Assembly (NCBI GenBank): GCA_963676835.2
Contig: CAXXFF010000002.1
Location: 736,001 to 800,000 of the forward strand
Reading direction: 5' to 3'
Length of the DNA: 64,000 bases
From: Marispirochaeta sp.
GTDB lineage: Bacteria; Spirochaetota; Spirochaetia; JC444; Marispirochaetaceae
Under the pieces are notes generated by a model. It saw nothing but the letters and a program-made list of their open reading frames with translations, made no database searches and had not been told where the DNA came from. Positions 31,058 through 41,022 of this stretch are shown here, in pieces. Position numbers and translations under genes: made by a program. Within the stretch, counting starts at the first letter, position 1, and each line of letters opens with the position of its first letter.

Positions 31058-31615
31058 ATGGAACGTGAACCTGTAATGCCCCTTATTTTAAAAGAAGCGG
31101 ACGGCACTATTGCCGATGTATTGCTTGAGAATGAAAAGGGGCACCGTAAAAGTATAGAGCAGAATATAATCTGGTATCTTCATGCCGAGACCGGCAGACT
31201 GATTCCCTATAAGGAAAACACTCCTTTTAAAGAGATCCGAAAACGGAAGAGCTGGTACGAAGCGGTGCTTCAATCCAATGAAACTGCCGTCACTTCGGAT
31301 CCGGCTGCAGCGGGGCCCTCCGTTGGTACTGCTGCCGCAGAAGGCGGTAATACCCTCTCCCGTCTGGCTGAAGTTATCCGGCAGCGCCGGATTGAACTGC
31401 CGGAAGGCTCATACACCACCCACCTGTTTACCTCCGGTGTGGACAAGATCCGCAAAAAAACCGGGGAAGAAGCGGTGGAGCTTATCCTTGCCAGGGAGAC
31501 TGATGAGATAATCTATGAAGCGGCGGACCTGGTTTATCACATGTTTGTAATGCTTGAATCCCTTGGAATTGATTATACAAAGGTTCTGGCCGAACTGGAC
31601 AAACGGTCCAGCTGA
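31058..31615 (+). CDS. hisE: Phosphoribosyl-ATP pyrophosphatase with degenerate N-terminal HisI-like region
   Basis: C-terminal PEGSYTTHLF...KKTGEEAVE...YEAADLVYH. Confidence 0.9.
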   Translation: MEREPVMPLILKEADGTIADVLLENEKGHRKSIEQNIIWYLHAETGRLIPYKENTPFKEIRKRKSWYEAVLQSNETAVTSDPAAAGPSVGTAAAEGGNTLSRLAEVIRQRRIELPEGSYTTHLFTSGVDKIRKKTGEEAVELILARETDEIIYEAADLVYHMFVMLESLGIDYTKVLAELDKRSS

Positions 31616-31683
31616 CCTGCTTTTGAAATTTTAATTATCGGAATATTAACCCTGACACGTATACGGTTCTGGAATTGGAAAGT

Positions 31684-32313
31684 TTACTGGACTTCATCCA
31701 GAACCATGGTATCTGCTTCGAGGTGGGCAGTATCTCCCAGAACCCGTACTTTCCATGATCCGTTACTGTACTCCAGCCGGTTGATGCCGCAGTTGAGCAG
31801 GAAGAAATTTCTTGGAGCATCCGCTGGAATGTGCAGCATATTCCGCAGCAGTGCCGACATTGTTCCGCCATGGCTTATGGCAACAATTCTGCTGTCCCGG
31901 TGTTTTTCACGGATTTCGTCCAGAAAACTCCAGGTTCTATCCAGAACCTGTTTAAGGGACTCTCCCTCGGGAATTACATAATCGGAGTGAAAGTAGTTTT
32001 CCCAGATGAGGGCATGTTCGTTTTTAATCTGATCAAAGGTCAGCCCGGTGAGAATGCCTACATTCCGTTCCCGTAACCTTATATCGGCCAGGGGTTCAAG
32101 ACTGCAGGCTCTTCCGATACGGGCTGCTGTAGATGCAGCCCGTCCCAGATCACTTGTGTATATTGCCTCGGGGGAGAGCCTGGCAAGACGGCGTCCCAGA
32201 AGATCGGCCTGATGTTCTCCGGAGGGAGTCAGACTGCTGTCTGCCTGTCCCTGAAAGCGCATCTCCGTATTCCATTGGGTCTCCCCGTGGCGAATTATTA
32301 GCAGTTCGGTCAC
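31684..32313 (-). CDS. Histidine phosphatase family protein (phosphoglycerate mutase-like)
   Basis: RHGETQWN, SDLGRA, GES, SHGG. Confidence 0.92.
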   Translation of the reverse strand: MTELLIIRHGETQWNTEMRFQGQADSSLTPSGEHQADLLGRRLARLSPEAIYTSDLGRAASTAARIGRACSLEPLADIRLRERNVGILTGLTFDQIKNEHALIWENYFHSDYVIPEGESLKQVLDRTWSFLDEIREKHRDSRIVAISHGGTMSALLRNMLHIPADAPRNFFLLNCGINRLEYSNGSWKVRVLGDTAHLEADTMVLDEVQ

Positions 32314-32328
32314 AGAATCCTCAAAAGA

Positions 32329-33414
32329 TCAGCCGATTTTTGCGGCGATAAGATCTCCGATCTCTTTTGTTCCCACCTGCTTCATGCCGGCGGACATAAT
32401 ATCGCCGGTGCGGTAGCCCTCATCGAGAACGGATTCTATGGCGCCGTAAATATCATCATAGGCCTGGTCCATGCCGAAGCTGTATTTCAGCATCATCCCC
32501 GCAGAAAGAATCTGGGCGATGGGGTTGGCAACACCCTTTCCGGCAATATCAGGGGCAGATCCGCCGGAGGGCTCATAGAGTCCGAAGGGAAGATCGCCCT
32601 CTGCGGCTTCAGCCAGGGAGGCGGAGGGAAGCATACCCAGAGAACCGGTAATCATGCTTGCTTCGTCGGAGATGATGTCACCGAACATATTGCCGCAGAG
32701 CATTACATCGAACTGACGGGGGTTGCGGACCAGCTGCATGGCTGCATTGTCCACGTACATGTGGGTGGTTTCCACTTCGGGGTACTCTTTTGCAAGCTTT
32801 GTAACTACATCACGCCAGAGTACCATGGTGGAAAGCACATTGGCTTTGTCTATAGAACAGAGTTTTTTGCCCCGTTTCATGGCGGTGTCATAGGCTACCC
32901 GGCCGATGCGTTCAATCTCATCAGCATGGTAAACCATGGTGTCAAATCCCTTTTCGCCGTCATTACCTTTGGGCTGGCCGAAGTAGATACCTCCGGTAAG
33001 TTCCCGGACTACCAGGACATCAAAACCGCCTCCAATGATCTCGCTTTTAAGGGGCGAAGCGTCTTTCAGCTGGGGAAAAACAATGGCGGGACGCAGGTTT
33101 GCGAATAACTTGAAAATCTTCCTGATCGGAAGAAGAGCCGCCCGTTCAGGCTGTTCTTCAGGAGGAAGTGTTTCCCATTTGGGTCCGCCGACAGATCCGA
33201 AGAGAACAGCATCCGAGTTTTTGCAGATATCAACGGTGCTTTCCGGCAGGGCTTTGCCGTGATTATCTATGGCGATACCGCCTACATCGGCCCGTGTAAG
33301 TTCGAAGGATACTTCATATTTCTTTTCAATTGCAGAAAGAACCTTTTCCGCCTCGGCCATTACTTCAGGACCGATTCCGTCGCCGGACAGTACGGCTACT
33401 TTGTACGTCTTCAT
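32329..33414 (-). CDS. leuB: 3-isopropylmalate dehydrogenase
   Basis: [57 protein letters not shown] 33414 follows AAGGAG. Confidence 0.97.
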   Translation of the reverse strand: MKTYKVAVLSGDGIGPEVMAEAEKVLSAIEKKYEVSFELTRADVGGIAIDNHGKALPESTVDICKNSDAVLFGSVGGPKWETLPPEEQPERAALLPIRKIFKLFANLRPAIVFPQLKDASPLKSEIIGGGFDVLVVRELTGGIYFGQPKGNDGEKGFDTMVYHADEIERIGRVAYDTAMKRGKKLCSIDKANVLSTMVLWRDVVTKLAKEYPEVETTHMYVDNAAMQLVRNPRQFDVMLCGNMFGDIISDEASMITGSLGMLPSASLAEAAEGDLPFGLYEPSGGSAPDIAGKGVANPIAQILSAGMMLKYSFGMDQAYDDIYGAIESVLDEGYRTGDIMSAGMKQVGTKEIGDLIAAKIG

Positions 33415-33580
33415 ATTTACTCCTTGAGTACGCTGATGTCCTTGTGGACTTAATAAATACTTAAGTGTTTCCAATTATATTAAAATCCCGGCACTGTTAA
33501 CAGTGCCATAGGGTCACCTATATTAGCCCGCTTTTACCTTTTCTGTGAATAGACTGCTTTCTGTACTCACTGCATATTTC

Positions 33581-33636
33581 TTGACAGATTTCAGTACGTA
33601 CCCGCATAATTATACGTAACAAAAATCTGGTATGTA
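33581..33636 (+). promoter_or_regulatory. Promoter overlapped by three TAYGTA boxes at 18 bp spacing
   Basis: TTGACA (33581-33586) with CATAAT (33605-33610); TACGTA at 33595 and 33613, TATGTA at 33631. Confidence 0.55.
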
Positions 33637-33675
33637 CTAAGTCTGCACTATTCTTGAATAAGAGGGGAGTACTGT

Positions 33676-34152
33676 ATGTCGAAAAGGATCACCCTGAGCA
33701 TTCCCGACGGGCTGCACCGGCAGCTAGATCAGTGGCGAAACAGTTTTAATCTGAGCAGAATCTTTCAGGATGCCCTGGGAGAACTTATACGCAGGAAAGA
33801 ATCCCTCCGGGAAGCAGTGCATCATGATCTGCCCCAGATTATCTCCCGGCTGAAACGGGAAAAGGCCGAGACGGAACGGAGCTGGTATTCCCTTGGCATG
33901 GAAGCCGGGCTTGCGTGGGCCAAATCCGCACACTGGCTTGAACTCCGGCAGGCAGCAGAAGCAGCACCGGAAAGTCTGCTCAGCTCCGGAAGCAGTGCAG
34001 GTTCCTGTCTGAAAGATCTTCTGAGGGCTGAAGAAAAAAACAGTCAGATATCTGCAGAATTAGAGGCGTTCCGTGCCGCATATTCCGAAGGCTGGCTCCG
34101 GGGAGTCCATGACTTCTGGAGTCTGGTTCAGGATCAGCTCGGGGAAGGATAA
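33676..34152 (+). CDS. Hypothetical protein with N-terminal ribbon-helix-helix-like DNA-binding motif
   Basis: MSKRITLSIPDGLHRQL...NLSRIFQDAL resembles the RHH beta-alpha-alpha pattern; good RBS GAGGGGAG. Confidence 0.6.
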   Translation: MSKRITLSIPDGLHRQLDQWRNSFNLSRIFQDALGELIRRKESLREAVHHDLPQIISRLKREKAETERSWYSLGMEAGLAWAKSAHWLELRQAAEAAPESLLSSGSSAGSCLKDLLRAEEKNSQISAELEAFRAAYSEGWLRGVHDFWSLVQDQLGEG

Positions 34153-34222
34153 ATTATAAAGAACGGGAATTGATAACAGTAGAAAAAGGGATAGGAATAC
34201 AGGAAAAAAATTGAGGTAAAAT

Positions 34223-37200
34223 ATGGTAGAGCAGTCGGAGATAATCGGTCTTGATATTGGTTCAGTAACAGTCAGTCTTGTAGGTGTTGATGCCGACGGC
34301 GCTGTGTCGGCCCGGGAATCCCTGGTTCACGGGGGGTATGTCAAGAAAGCTGTGGATAGCCTGCTTGCCGGCTGGAGCGGCCGAATCGCGCTTACCGGAC
34401 TTCCTGCTGTGGATCTTGTTCCAGATCTCAAAGTAAATTCTCAAGTAGCTCTTATCCGGGGAGTACGGCAGCTGATGCCGGAAGTAAGAACCCTTGTCTA
34501 TGCCGGTGGTGAACGGTTCGGTCTTCTTGGTTTTGATGAAGACGGAAGCTATACCCATTTTAAGGGCAATCCGGCTTGTGCCGCAGGAACCGGGAGCTTT
34601 CTTGACCAGCAGGCTGAGCGGCTGGGACTGAAGAACAGTGCGGAACTGGCAGATCTGGCGGAAGGTAATAAGGGTGAAATCCCGCGCATAGCTACACGAT
34701 GTGCTGTTTTTGCCAAAACCGATCTTATTCACGCCCAACAGGAGGGCTGGAGTCTTGAGGCTATTTGTGACGGTCTCTGCAATGGTCTTGCGAGAAACCT
34801 TGCGGATACCCTGTTTGACCGTGAAATAGCCGTTCCTGCGGTTTTTGCCGGCGGCCTTGCCCTCAACCGGGCTGTGATGAGGCATCTGGGAGATATCTGC
34901 AATATTCATTTTATTACCGATGCAAATATGTCCATCAGCTTTGCGGCTTACGGAGCGGCACTGGAGCTTCGGGATAATTTGTCTGCACCATCCTTTACGC
35001 CGGTTTCTTCCGGGGCTTCTGTTGAGAAGGAATCCGGGCGTACTGGTCAGGTTTATCCTCCTTTGCTGCTCCAGCTGAGCGAGTATCCGGATTTTGATGA
35101 GCATCAAAGCTATACCTTTGAACCACCTGCGGGGACCGGGACCGGTCTTGTAGAAGTGGATGTTTACCGTGAAGGCGAAGACGGTATAGACCTCTACCTC
35201 GGTGTGGATGTGGGGTCAACTTCAACAAAAGCTGCTTTGATAGATACCAGCAGACAGGTTCTTGCAGGATTCTATACCCGTACAGCTGGCCGCCCAGTAG
35301 AGGCTTTGAAAGGTATTCTTGCTGCCATTGAGGATCTTTCCCGGTGCAGCGGCAGCGAATACAACATACTCGGCAGCGCAACCACCGGTTCCGGCAGGAA
35401 GCTTGCCGGGGCAATCCTGGGAGCAGATACCATACTCGATGAGATCAGTGCCCACGCTTTAGCAGCCTGTGAAATAGACAGTGAAGTGGATACCATTATA
35501 GAGATCGGCGGTCAGGATGCGAAGTTTACCACCTTGAAGCACGGCCGGGTTACCTCTTCGATAATGAACAATGTATGTGCCGCCGGTACAGGCAGTTTTC
35601 TTGAAGAACAGGGGCAGAAGCTTGGCGTAGCCATAACCGAGTATGCCGCAAGGACCGAAGGTATAAGGGCCCCTCTTGCCAGTGACCGCTGTACCGTATT
35701 CATGCAGAGGGATTTGAATCATCTGCTGGCTGAGGGTTGGACGGTGGATGAAGTTCTGGCATCGGCGCTGCATGCGGTGCGGGAAAACTACCTGCAGAAA
35801 GTGGCTGTTGAAAACAGAATAGGCAGAAAAGTATTTTTTCAGGGGGCCACGGCCAAAATCCGGACCCTGGTTGCCGCCTTTGAACAGAAGCTCAATCAGC
35901 CTGTGCTGGTTTCTCCCGTATGCCACCTTACCGGTGCTTTGGGGGCGGCTCTGGAGCTGGCTGACCGCAGGGTTATAACAGACCGGTTTCGCGGTCTTGA
36001 TATCTGGCGCGGGGAGATCCCGGTAAAAACCGAAGTGTGTGAGCTCTGTACCAACCACTGCAAGTTGACGGTGGTAAAAGCCGGCGGTGAGACCGCCGCC
36101 TTCGGTTTTCTCTGCGGCAGGGATTATGAGGATAAAAAGTATGTAAAGGAGAAGAACAGCGGTTTCAGTCTTGAGGGGGCGGTAAAAAAAGCCGCCGGCA
36201 GAGATCCTTCTCCGGCAGATCCGGTTGAGCATATTACCCTGGGACTTCCATCAGGCCTTTATCTCAGGGAAGATATGGTTTACTGGAAGCATTTTTTTGC
36301 TGAACTGGGAATTCCGCTTGTTAGCGGAGACACCCTTTCCGGGACGCTCCAGGAGGGACGGAGGTTTACCCGCTCGGAATTTTGTGCCCCTCTTACGGAA
36401 CTCCACGGACAGGTTCATATGCTGGCGGAGCAGTGTGATCATGTATTTCTCCCGGTCTACACGGAAACCAGCAGGGATAAAAAAGATCTCAGAAAATTCT
36501 GTTACTACAGCCAGTTTGCCCCTGCCATGCTCGCCCAGCAGTTTCCCCGGGGAAAGATCCTTACCCCGGTGGTCAAGTCTCTCAGCCTGCCCTTTAAATC
36601 TCAGGTTGAACTGTACCGGATGTTAAAAAATCTCGGCAGCAGCAGACATTACACTTTCCTTCAGATAAACCGGGCTATGGAAATCGCCCAAACAGCGGCA
36701 GAACGGTATAAAGAATCACTTTTACAGCGTTTTGCAGAAGAACAGGAGAAGCCAAGTGAAGATATTCAGGTTGTTCTCCTCGGCAGGCCCTATACTGTGC
36801 TTTCCCCTCATATGAATAAAGGAATCCCCGCGATTTTCAGTCGCCTGGGAATTCCCGCATTTTTTCAGGATATGGTTCCTTCGGATGCTGATGCAGCAGC
36901 TGCGGTGAAACCCCTCATAGAGGAGATCCACTGGAATTATGCTTCGGGAATACTTGAGACAACAGAAAGCATTGTCCGCAAGTCCGGTTTTTATCCCGTT
37001 TTTGTAACATCCTTTAAATGTTCACCAGACAGTTATCTGCGCACCTATTTCCGGCAGCTCATGGAAGCGCATGACAAGCCCTATCTCGTTCTGGAACTTG
37101 ATGAACACGGGTCCAGCGTGGGCTATGAAACCCGTATTGAAGCTGCGGTGAGGGCCTTCAGAAATCATCATCATACCGAAAAGCAATCTCAAAGGGAATC

Positions 37201-38464
37201 AATACCCTTCGGCTTCAGAATGCAGGGAAAGATTGATATGAAAGGTATCCTGCCTGACCTGTCCAGAGACCTGAGGGGAAAACCTCTGCTCCTGCCTAAC
37301 TGGGACAGCTATACCATGCCCCTGATTGCGGCAAATCTGCGGCACGAAGGGATTGATGCCCGGGTGCTCGACGAGAGCCAGGATTCCATCCGCCGGGGAC
37401 TGAGCCGTAATGACGGGCAGTGTATTCCCATGAATGCCGTGGCGGAGGAAGCAGTTGCCTATGTGCGGCGGCATAAGCTTGATCCGGCAAAAACCCTGCT
37501 CTGGATGATGAAGTCAGATCTTGCCTGTAATATTGCTATGTATCCACATCATATCCGTACCCTCTTCAGAAGTTATCCGGGAATGGAAGAGCTTGGTGTC
37601 TTCAGTGGGGATATTACCTTCGGGGAGGTTTCCGTTGCAGCCGCGGTAAATACCTACTTCGCCTTTCTTTTCGGCGGGCTCCTGCGCAGAATCGGCTGCA
37701 GGCTTCGTCCCTATGAACAGAACAAAGGGGAGACGGATAGAATTCTTAATGAAAGCCTGGTGCAACTGGAGGAGGCCTTCCTCGGGCAACGGAAAAAGAA
37801 GGAGGTTGTTGAAGAGATTATCCGGAAAGTGGAAGCTATCCGTATACTGCCCGGGGAACGCCGGCAGGTGGCCATCTTCGGGGATATCTATGTCCGTGAT
37901 AACGATGTTTTCAACCAGGGGCTCATCTCATTTATCGAAGAGCATGGCGGTGAAGTTATTACTACCCCCTACAGTCAGTATGCCAAGATGATTGCCGAGG
38001 CCTATTTCCGCCGCTGGTTTGCAGAATCCCGCTTTACTACCCTGATTGCCTTCCGTACCCTGCTTACTGCAGTTGAACTGCTGGAACGGAGCTATCGTAC
38101 CCTCTTTGAGGGCCTGCTCCCTGTTATTGATGAACGCTATGACCAGGACCCTGAAGAGATCCTCAGCCACTTTGACATGCGCATCGAGCAATCCGGGGAA
38201 TCCATGGATAACATACTGAAGGTCTGGTATATAAAAGAGCATTACCCGGATATCTCCCTTTTTGTGCAGACAAGTCCCGGGTTCTGCTGCGCAGGGCTGA
38301 TAACGGAAGCCATGGCTGACAGGATTGAAGAGGTGACGGGTGTTCCGGTGGTTTGTCTCACCTATGATGGAACCGGGGGGAATCCCAATGAAACGCTGGT
38401 TCCCTACCTGCGATTTCCCCGTAAAGAGGAGGATGGTGCGGGAGTTGATCTGCAGTACGGCTGA
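34223..38464 (+). CDS. Multidomain acyl-CoA dehydratase activase (two BadF/BadG/BcrA/BcrD ATPase domains plus dehydratase-related C-terminal domains)
   Basis: GLDIGSVT and GVDVGSTSTK; two CAAGTGSFL motifs; RCAVF/RCTVF; IGGQDAK; CELCTNHC. Confidence 0.9.
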   Translation: MVEQSEIIGLDIGSVTVSLVGVDADGAVSARESLVHGGYVKKAVDSLLAGWSGRIALTGLPAVDLVPDLKVNSQVALIRGVRQLMPEVRTLVYAGGERFGLLGFDEDGSYTHFKGNPACAAGTGSFLDQQAERLGLKNSAELADLAEGNKGEIPRIATRCAVFAKTDLIHAQQEGWSLEAICDGLCNGLARNLADTLFDREIAVPAVFAGGLALNRAVMRHLGDICNIHFITDANMSISFAAYGAALELRDNLSAPSFTPVSSGASVEKESGRTGQVYPPLLLQLSEYPDFDEHQSYTFEPPAGTGTGLVEVDVYREGEDGIDLYLGVDVGSTSTKAALIDTSRQVLAGFYTRTAGRPVEALKGILAAIEDLSRCSGSEYNILGSATTGSGRKLAGAILGADTILDEISAHALAACEIDSEVDTIIEIGGQDAKFTTLKHGRVTSSIMNNVCAAGTGSFLEEQGQKLGVAITEYAARTEGIRAPLASDRCTVFMQRDLNHLLAEGWTVDEVLASALHAVRENYLQKVAVENRIGRKVFFQGATAKIRTLVAAFEQKLNQPVLVSPVCHLTGALGAALELADRRVITDRFRGLDIWRGEIPVKTEVCELCTNHCKLTVVKAGGETAAFGFLCGRDYEDKKYVKEKNSGFSLEGAVKKAAGRDPSPADPVEHITLGLPSGLYLREDMVYWKHFFAELGIPLVSGDTLSGTLQEGRRFTRSEFCAPLTELHGQVHMLAEQCDHVFLPVYTETSRDKKDLRKFCYYSQFAPAMLAQQFPRGKILTPVVKSLSLPFKSQVELYRMLKNLGSSRHYTFLQINRAMEIAQTAAERYKESLLQRFAEEQEKPSEDIQVVLLGRPYTVLSPHMNKGIPAIFSRLGIPAFFQDMVPSDADAAAAVKPLIEEIHWNYASGILETTESIVRKSGFYPVFVTSFKCSPDSYLRTYFRQLMEAHDKPYLVLELDEHGSSVGYETRIEAAVRAFRNHHHTEKQSQRESIPFGFRMQGKIDMKGILPDLSRDLRGKPLLLPNWDSYTMPLIAANLRHEGIDARVLDESQDSIRRGLSRNDGQCIPMNAVAEEAVAYVRRHKLDPAKTLLWMMKSDLACNIAMYPHHIRTLFRSYPGMEELGVFSGDITFGEVSVAAAVNTYFAFLFGGLLRRIGCRLRPYEQNKGETDRILNESLVQLEEAFLGQRKKKEVVEEIIRKVEAIRILPGERRQVAIFGDIYVRDNDVFNQGLISFIEEHGGEVITTPYSQYAKMIAEAYFRRWFAESRFTTLIAFRTLLTAVELLERSYRTLFEGLLPVIDERYDQDPEEILSHFDMRIEQSGESMDNILKVWYIKEHYPDISLFVQTSPGFCCAGLITEAMADRIEEVTGVPVVCLTYDGTGGNPNETLVPYLRFPRKEEDGAGVDLQYG

Positions 38465-38550
38465 AATTTTTGGAAGTGCCCCGGTATTAAGCCTTGCGTT
38501 TGCCGTACCGGCGAACTACTCTTAATGCAAAGAATAGTGCGGGTGAATTT

Positions 38551-39477
38551 ATGAATATAGATGCCTCCGGTTTAGTGCAAATTGTCCTCATTGTATCCAT
38601 TCTGCTGCAGCTGGCATCAGCTGTCTACGCGCTGCTGTTGATCCGTCAGTCCGGCTTCCTCCGTCCCTGGCTGCTGGTGTCGGCTTCAATTCTGTTAATG
38701 GCTGTCCGCAGGATTATCAGTTTCTGCCAGATGTCTGCTGCAAAAGATTTCCCTGCATCTGCCCTTGAACCCGAACTGGTCGCGCTGGTTATTTCCATTC
38801 TGATGCTGATCGGCCTTCTCTTTCTTGGTCCTGCATTCCGCATGATACGCATTCAGCGGGAGGTTGAGGTAAAAAAGAAGGATTTTCTGATTCGGGAATC
38901 ACATCATAATGTGAAGAATAATCTTCAGATGCTCAAAGGTCTGATCAGCCTGCAGGGTATTTCCGCGCCCAGCCCTGAAATACAGGAAACATTAAAGGAA
39001 CTGGAGCTGCGGATCGGTTCGTTTCTGCTCCTCCATGAGCAGGTTTATGCAGACACGGGAGATGGTGTTTCTTTACGGGCATATATTCATGCCCTTGTCT
39101 CCGCTGTTGTCGGGGCCTACTCCCATATGAAGGTGGGAATGGTTCTGGATATAGAAGATCTGTACCTCCCGGGAAGAGATCTGATCTCCTGTGGTGTTAT
39201 CGTCAATGAAGCCCTGACCAATTCCTATAAATATGCCTTCTCCGGCAGCGATGATCAGCAGATCAGCATTACAGCAGGCAGGGAAGGGGAACGGGGTTTT
39301 CTTGTTATAAAAGATAACGGCAGAGGTTTCTCAGTTAAAGAGAAAACCGGGGCCGGCCCGGGAGCCTCTTTCGGTCTGACTCTGATGCAGGCTTTGGGCA
39401 AAAATGCCGGCTGGAATCTGGAGATTGACGGGAGTAACGGGACTATAGTTAAGGTAAGTTTTCCTATCACAGCATAA
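38551..39477 (+). CDS. Membrane sensor histidine kinase (HisKA_2/HWE type)
   Basis: Three TM segments; RESHHNVKNNLQ, VNEALTNSYKYAF, DNGRGF, FGLTL. Confidence 0.88.
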   Translation: MNIDASGLVQIVLIVSILLQLASAVYALLLIRQSGFLRPWLLVSASILLMAVRRIISFCQMSAAKDFPASALEPELVALVISILMLIGLLFLGPAFRMIRIQREVEVKKKDFLIRESHHNVKNNLQMLKGLISLQGISAPSPEIQETLKELELRIGSFLLLHEQVYADTGDGVSLRAYIHALVSAVVGAYSHMKVGMVLDIEDLYLPGRDLISCGVIVNEALTNSYKYAFSGSDDQQISITAGREGERGFLVIKDNGRGFSVKEKTGAGPGASFGLTLMQALGKNAGWNLEIDGSNGTIVKVSFPITA

Positions 39478-39486
39478 TGCAGACAC

Positions 39487-39514
39487 AAAAAAACCGGGCG
39501 GTGAAGCCCGGTTT
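39487..39514. terminator. Terminator hairpin between convergent genes (T-tract on the minus strand)
   Basis: AAAAAAACCGGGC-GGTGAA-GCCCGGTTT. Confidence 0.75.
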
Positions 39515-39537
39515 GTATTGTTTACGAATCATAGACG

Positions 39538-41022
39538 CTATTTATTCAAAAGCTCATTTATGCTTGCGGCAGCCTTGCGTCCTTCGCCCATGGCAAGAAT
39601 AACCGTTGCTGCTCCAAGTACTATATCGCCTCCGGCAAATACCTTATCCATACTGGTTTTTCCGTTTTCATCGGCAATAATATTTCCCCGTCTGTCGGTA
39701 TCCAGACCGGGAGTTGTCTTCTCGATGAGAGGGTTGGAGTTGTTGCCGATGGCGACAATTACGGTATCAACATCCATCTCATATTCTGATCCGGGGATTT
39801 CCACCGGACGGCGGCGGCCGGATTCATCCGGTTCTCCCAGTTCGTACTTCAGCACTTCCAGAGCGCGGACTCTGCCCTTTTCTCCTTCCAGGATCCGTTT
39901 GGGGTTGCGCAGAAGGTGAAAATTTACACCCTCCTCCCTGGCGTGGGCAACTTCCTCCACCCGGGCGGGCATCTCTTTTTCCGTCCGGCGGTAGATTATA
40001 TGTACTTCATCCGCTCCCATGCGCACCGCGCTGCGGGCTGCATCCATGGCAACGTTTCCTCCGCCGAGAACCGCAACCTTTCTTGCCTGGTAAATCGGAG
40101 TGTCTGAGCGTTCTTTGTCATAGGCTTTCATAAGGTTGACCCGGGTAAGGTACTCGTTGGCGGAGAAGACACCGATAAGGTTCTCCCCTTCAAGACCCAT
40201 GAACTTCGGCAGTCCTGCTCCGGTACCTATAAATACTGCATCGAAGCCGTCATGTTCCAGCATGCTCTGGATGGTACGGGTGCGGCCTACCAGAAAGTTG
40301 GTTTCCAGTTTGACACCCATTTTTTCCAGGGCTTCTATTTCATCCGCAACGATCTGCTTGGGGAGCCTGAACTCGGGGATTCCGTAGATCATTACCCCGC
40401 CGGGTTTGTGAAAAGCCTCAAACATGTGAACTTCATGGCCTTCCCGGCGTACATCGGCGGCAACGGTAATAGATGCAGGGCCGGACCCGATGATGGCGAC
40501 CTTTTTTCCGGTTTCGGGCTTTACTTCCGGCGCAGCGTTTTTACCGTTGGCTGCTGCCCAGTCGGCTACAAAGCGTTCTATGCGGCCGATTGATACGGCT
40601 TGATCCACGTCTTTCAGGGATTTTCCCACAGTACAGGTAAGCTGGCACTGGTTTTCCTGGGGACAGACCCGTCCACAGATAGCCGGCAGCAGGCTGGTTT
40701 TCTTTATAACTCCCAGGGACTTTTCGTAGTCTCCTTCGGCGGCTGCCTTGATAAATCCGGGGATATCGATCTGAACCGGGCATCCGGCCACGCAGGGTGC
40801 GGTTTTGCACTGTAGACAGCGCTCTGCTTCCACCTTTACCTGCTCTTCGAAATAGCCCAGAGCAACCTCGGCCATATTATGCCTTCTGACTGTCGGGTCC
40901 TGGGCAGGCATCTCCTGCCGGGGAAGGGCGAGGCGGTCTTTCGGTTTCAGCGCACTGCCGTTGAGGTCTGCGGCAATTCTGACCGCTTCTTTTTTCAGCT
41001 CTTCTGCGGGGATAAAGCTCAT
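39538..41022 (-). CDS. nfnB: NADH-dependent ferredoxin:NADP+ oxidoreductase large subunit (NfnB/SudA; GltD-like)
   Basis: RCLQC...CVAGCP, CGRVCPQENQC, GSGPAS, GGGNVAMD, GGDIVLGAATVILAMGEG; adjacent to an NfnA-type gene. Confidence 0.85.
   Translation of the reverse strand: MSFIPAEELKKEAVRIAADLNGSALKPKDRLALPRQEMPAQDPTVRRHNMAEVALGYFEEQVKVEAERCLQCKTAPCVAGCPVQIDIPGFIKAAAEGDYEKSLGVIKKTSLLPAICGRVCPQENQCQLTCTVGKSLKDVDQAVSIGRIERFVADWAAANGKNAAPEVKPETGKKVAIIGSGPASITVAADVRREGHEVHMFEAFHKPGGVMIYGIPEFRLPKQIVADEIEALEKMGVKLETNFLVGRTRTIQSMLEHDGFDAVFIGTGAGLPKFMGLEGENLIGVFSANEYLTRVNLMKAYDKERSDTPIYQARKVAVLGGGNVAMDAARSAVRMGADEVHIIYRRTEKEMPARVEEVAHAREEGVNFHLLRNPKRILEGEKGRVRALEVLKYELGEPDESGRRRPVEIPGSEYEMDVDTVIVAIGNNSNPLIEKTTPGLDTDRRGNIIADENGKTSMDKVFAGGDIVLGAATVILAMGEGRKAAASINELLNK

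Noticed and set aside
33415..33580. Leucine attenuator or T-box upstream of leuB
   Set aside because: No Leu-rich leader peptide, T-box consensus or terminator/antiterminator pair was visible.
33598..33628. Possible dif site (CCCGCATAATTATACG...)
   Set aside because: The left part resembles a XerC arm, but the XerD arm (TTATGTTAAAT-like) is absent. It is better explained as a -10 box with operator boxes.
39538..41022. Glutamate synthase small subunit (gltD)
   Set aside because: No gltB nearby, and coupling to an NfnA/SudB-type gene indicates NfnAB.
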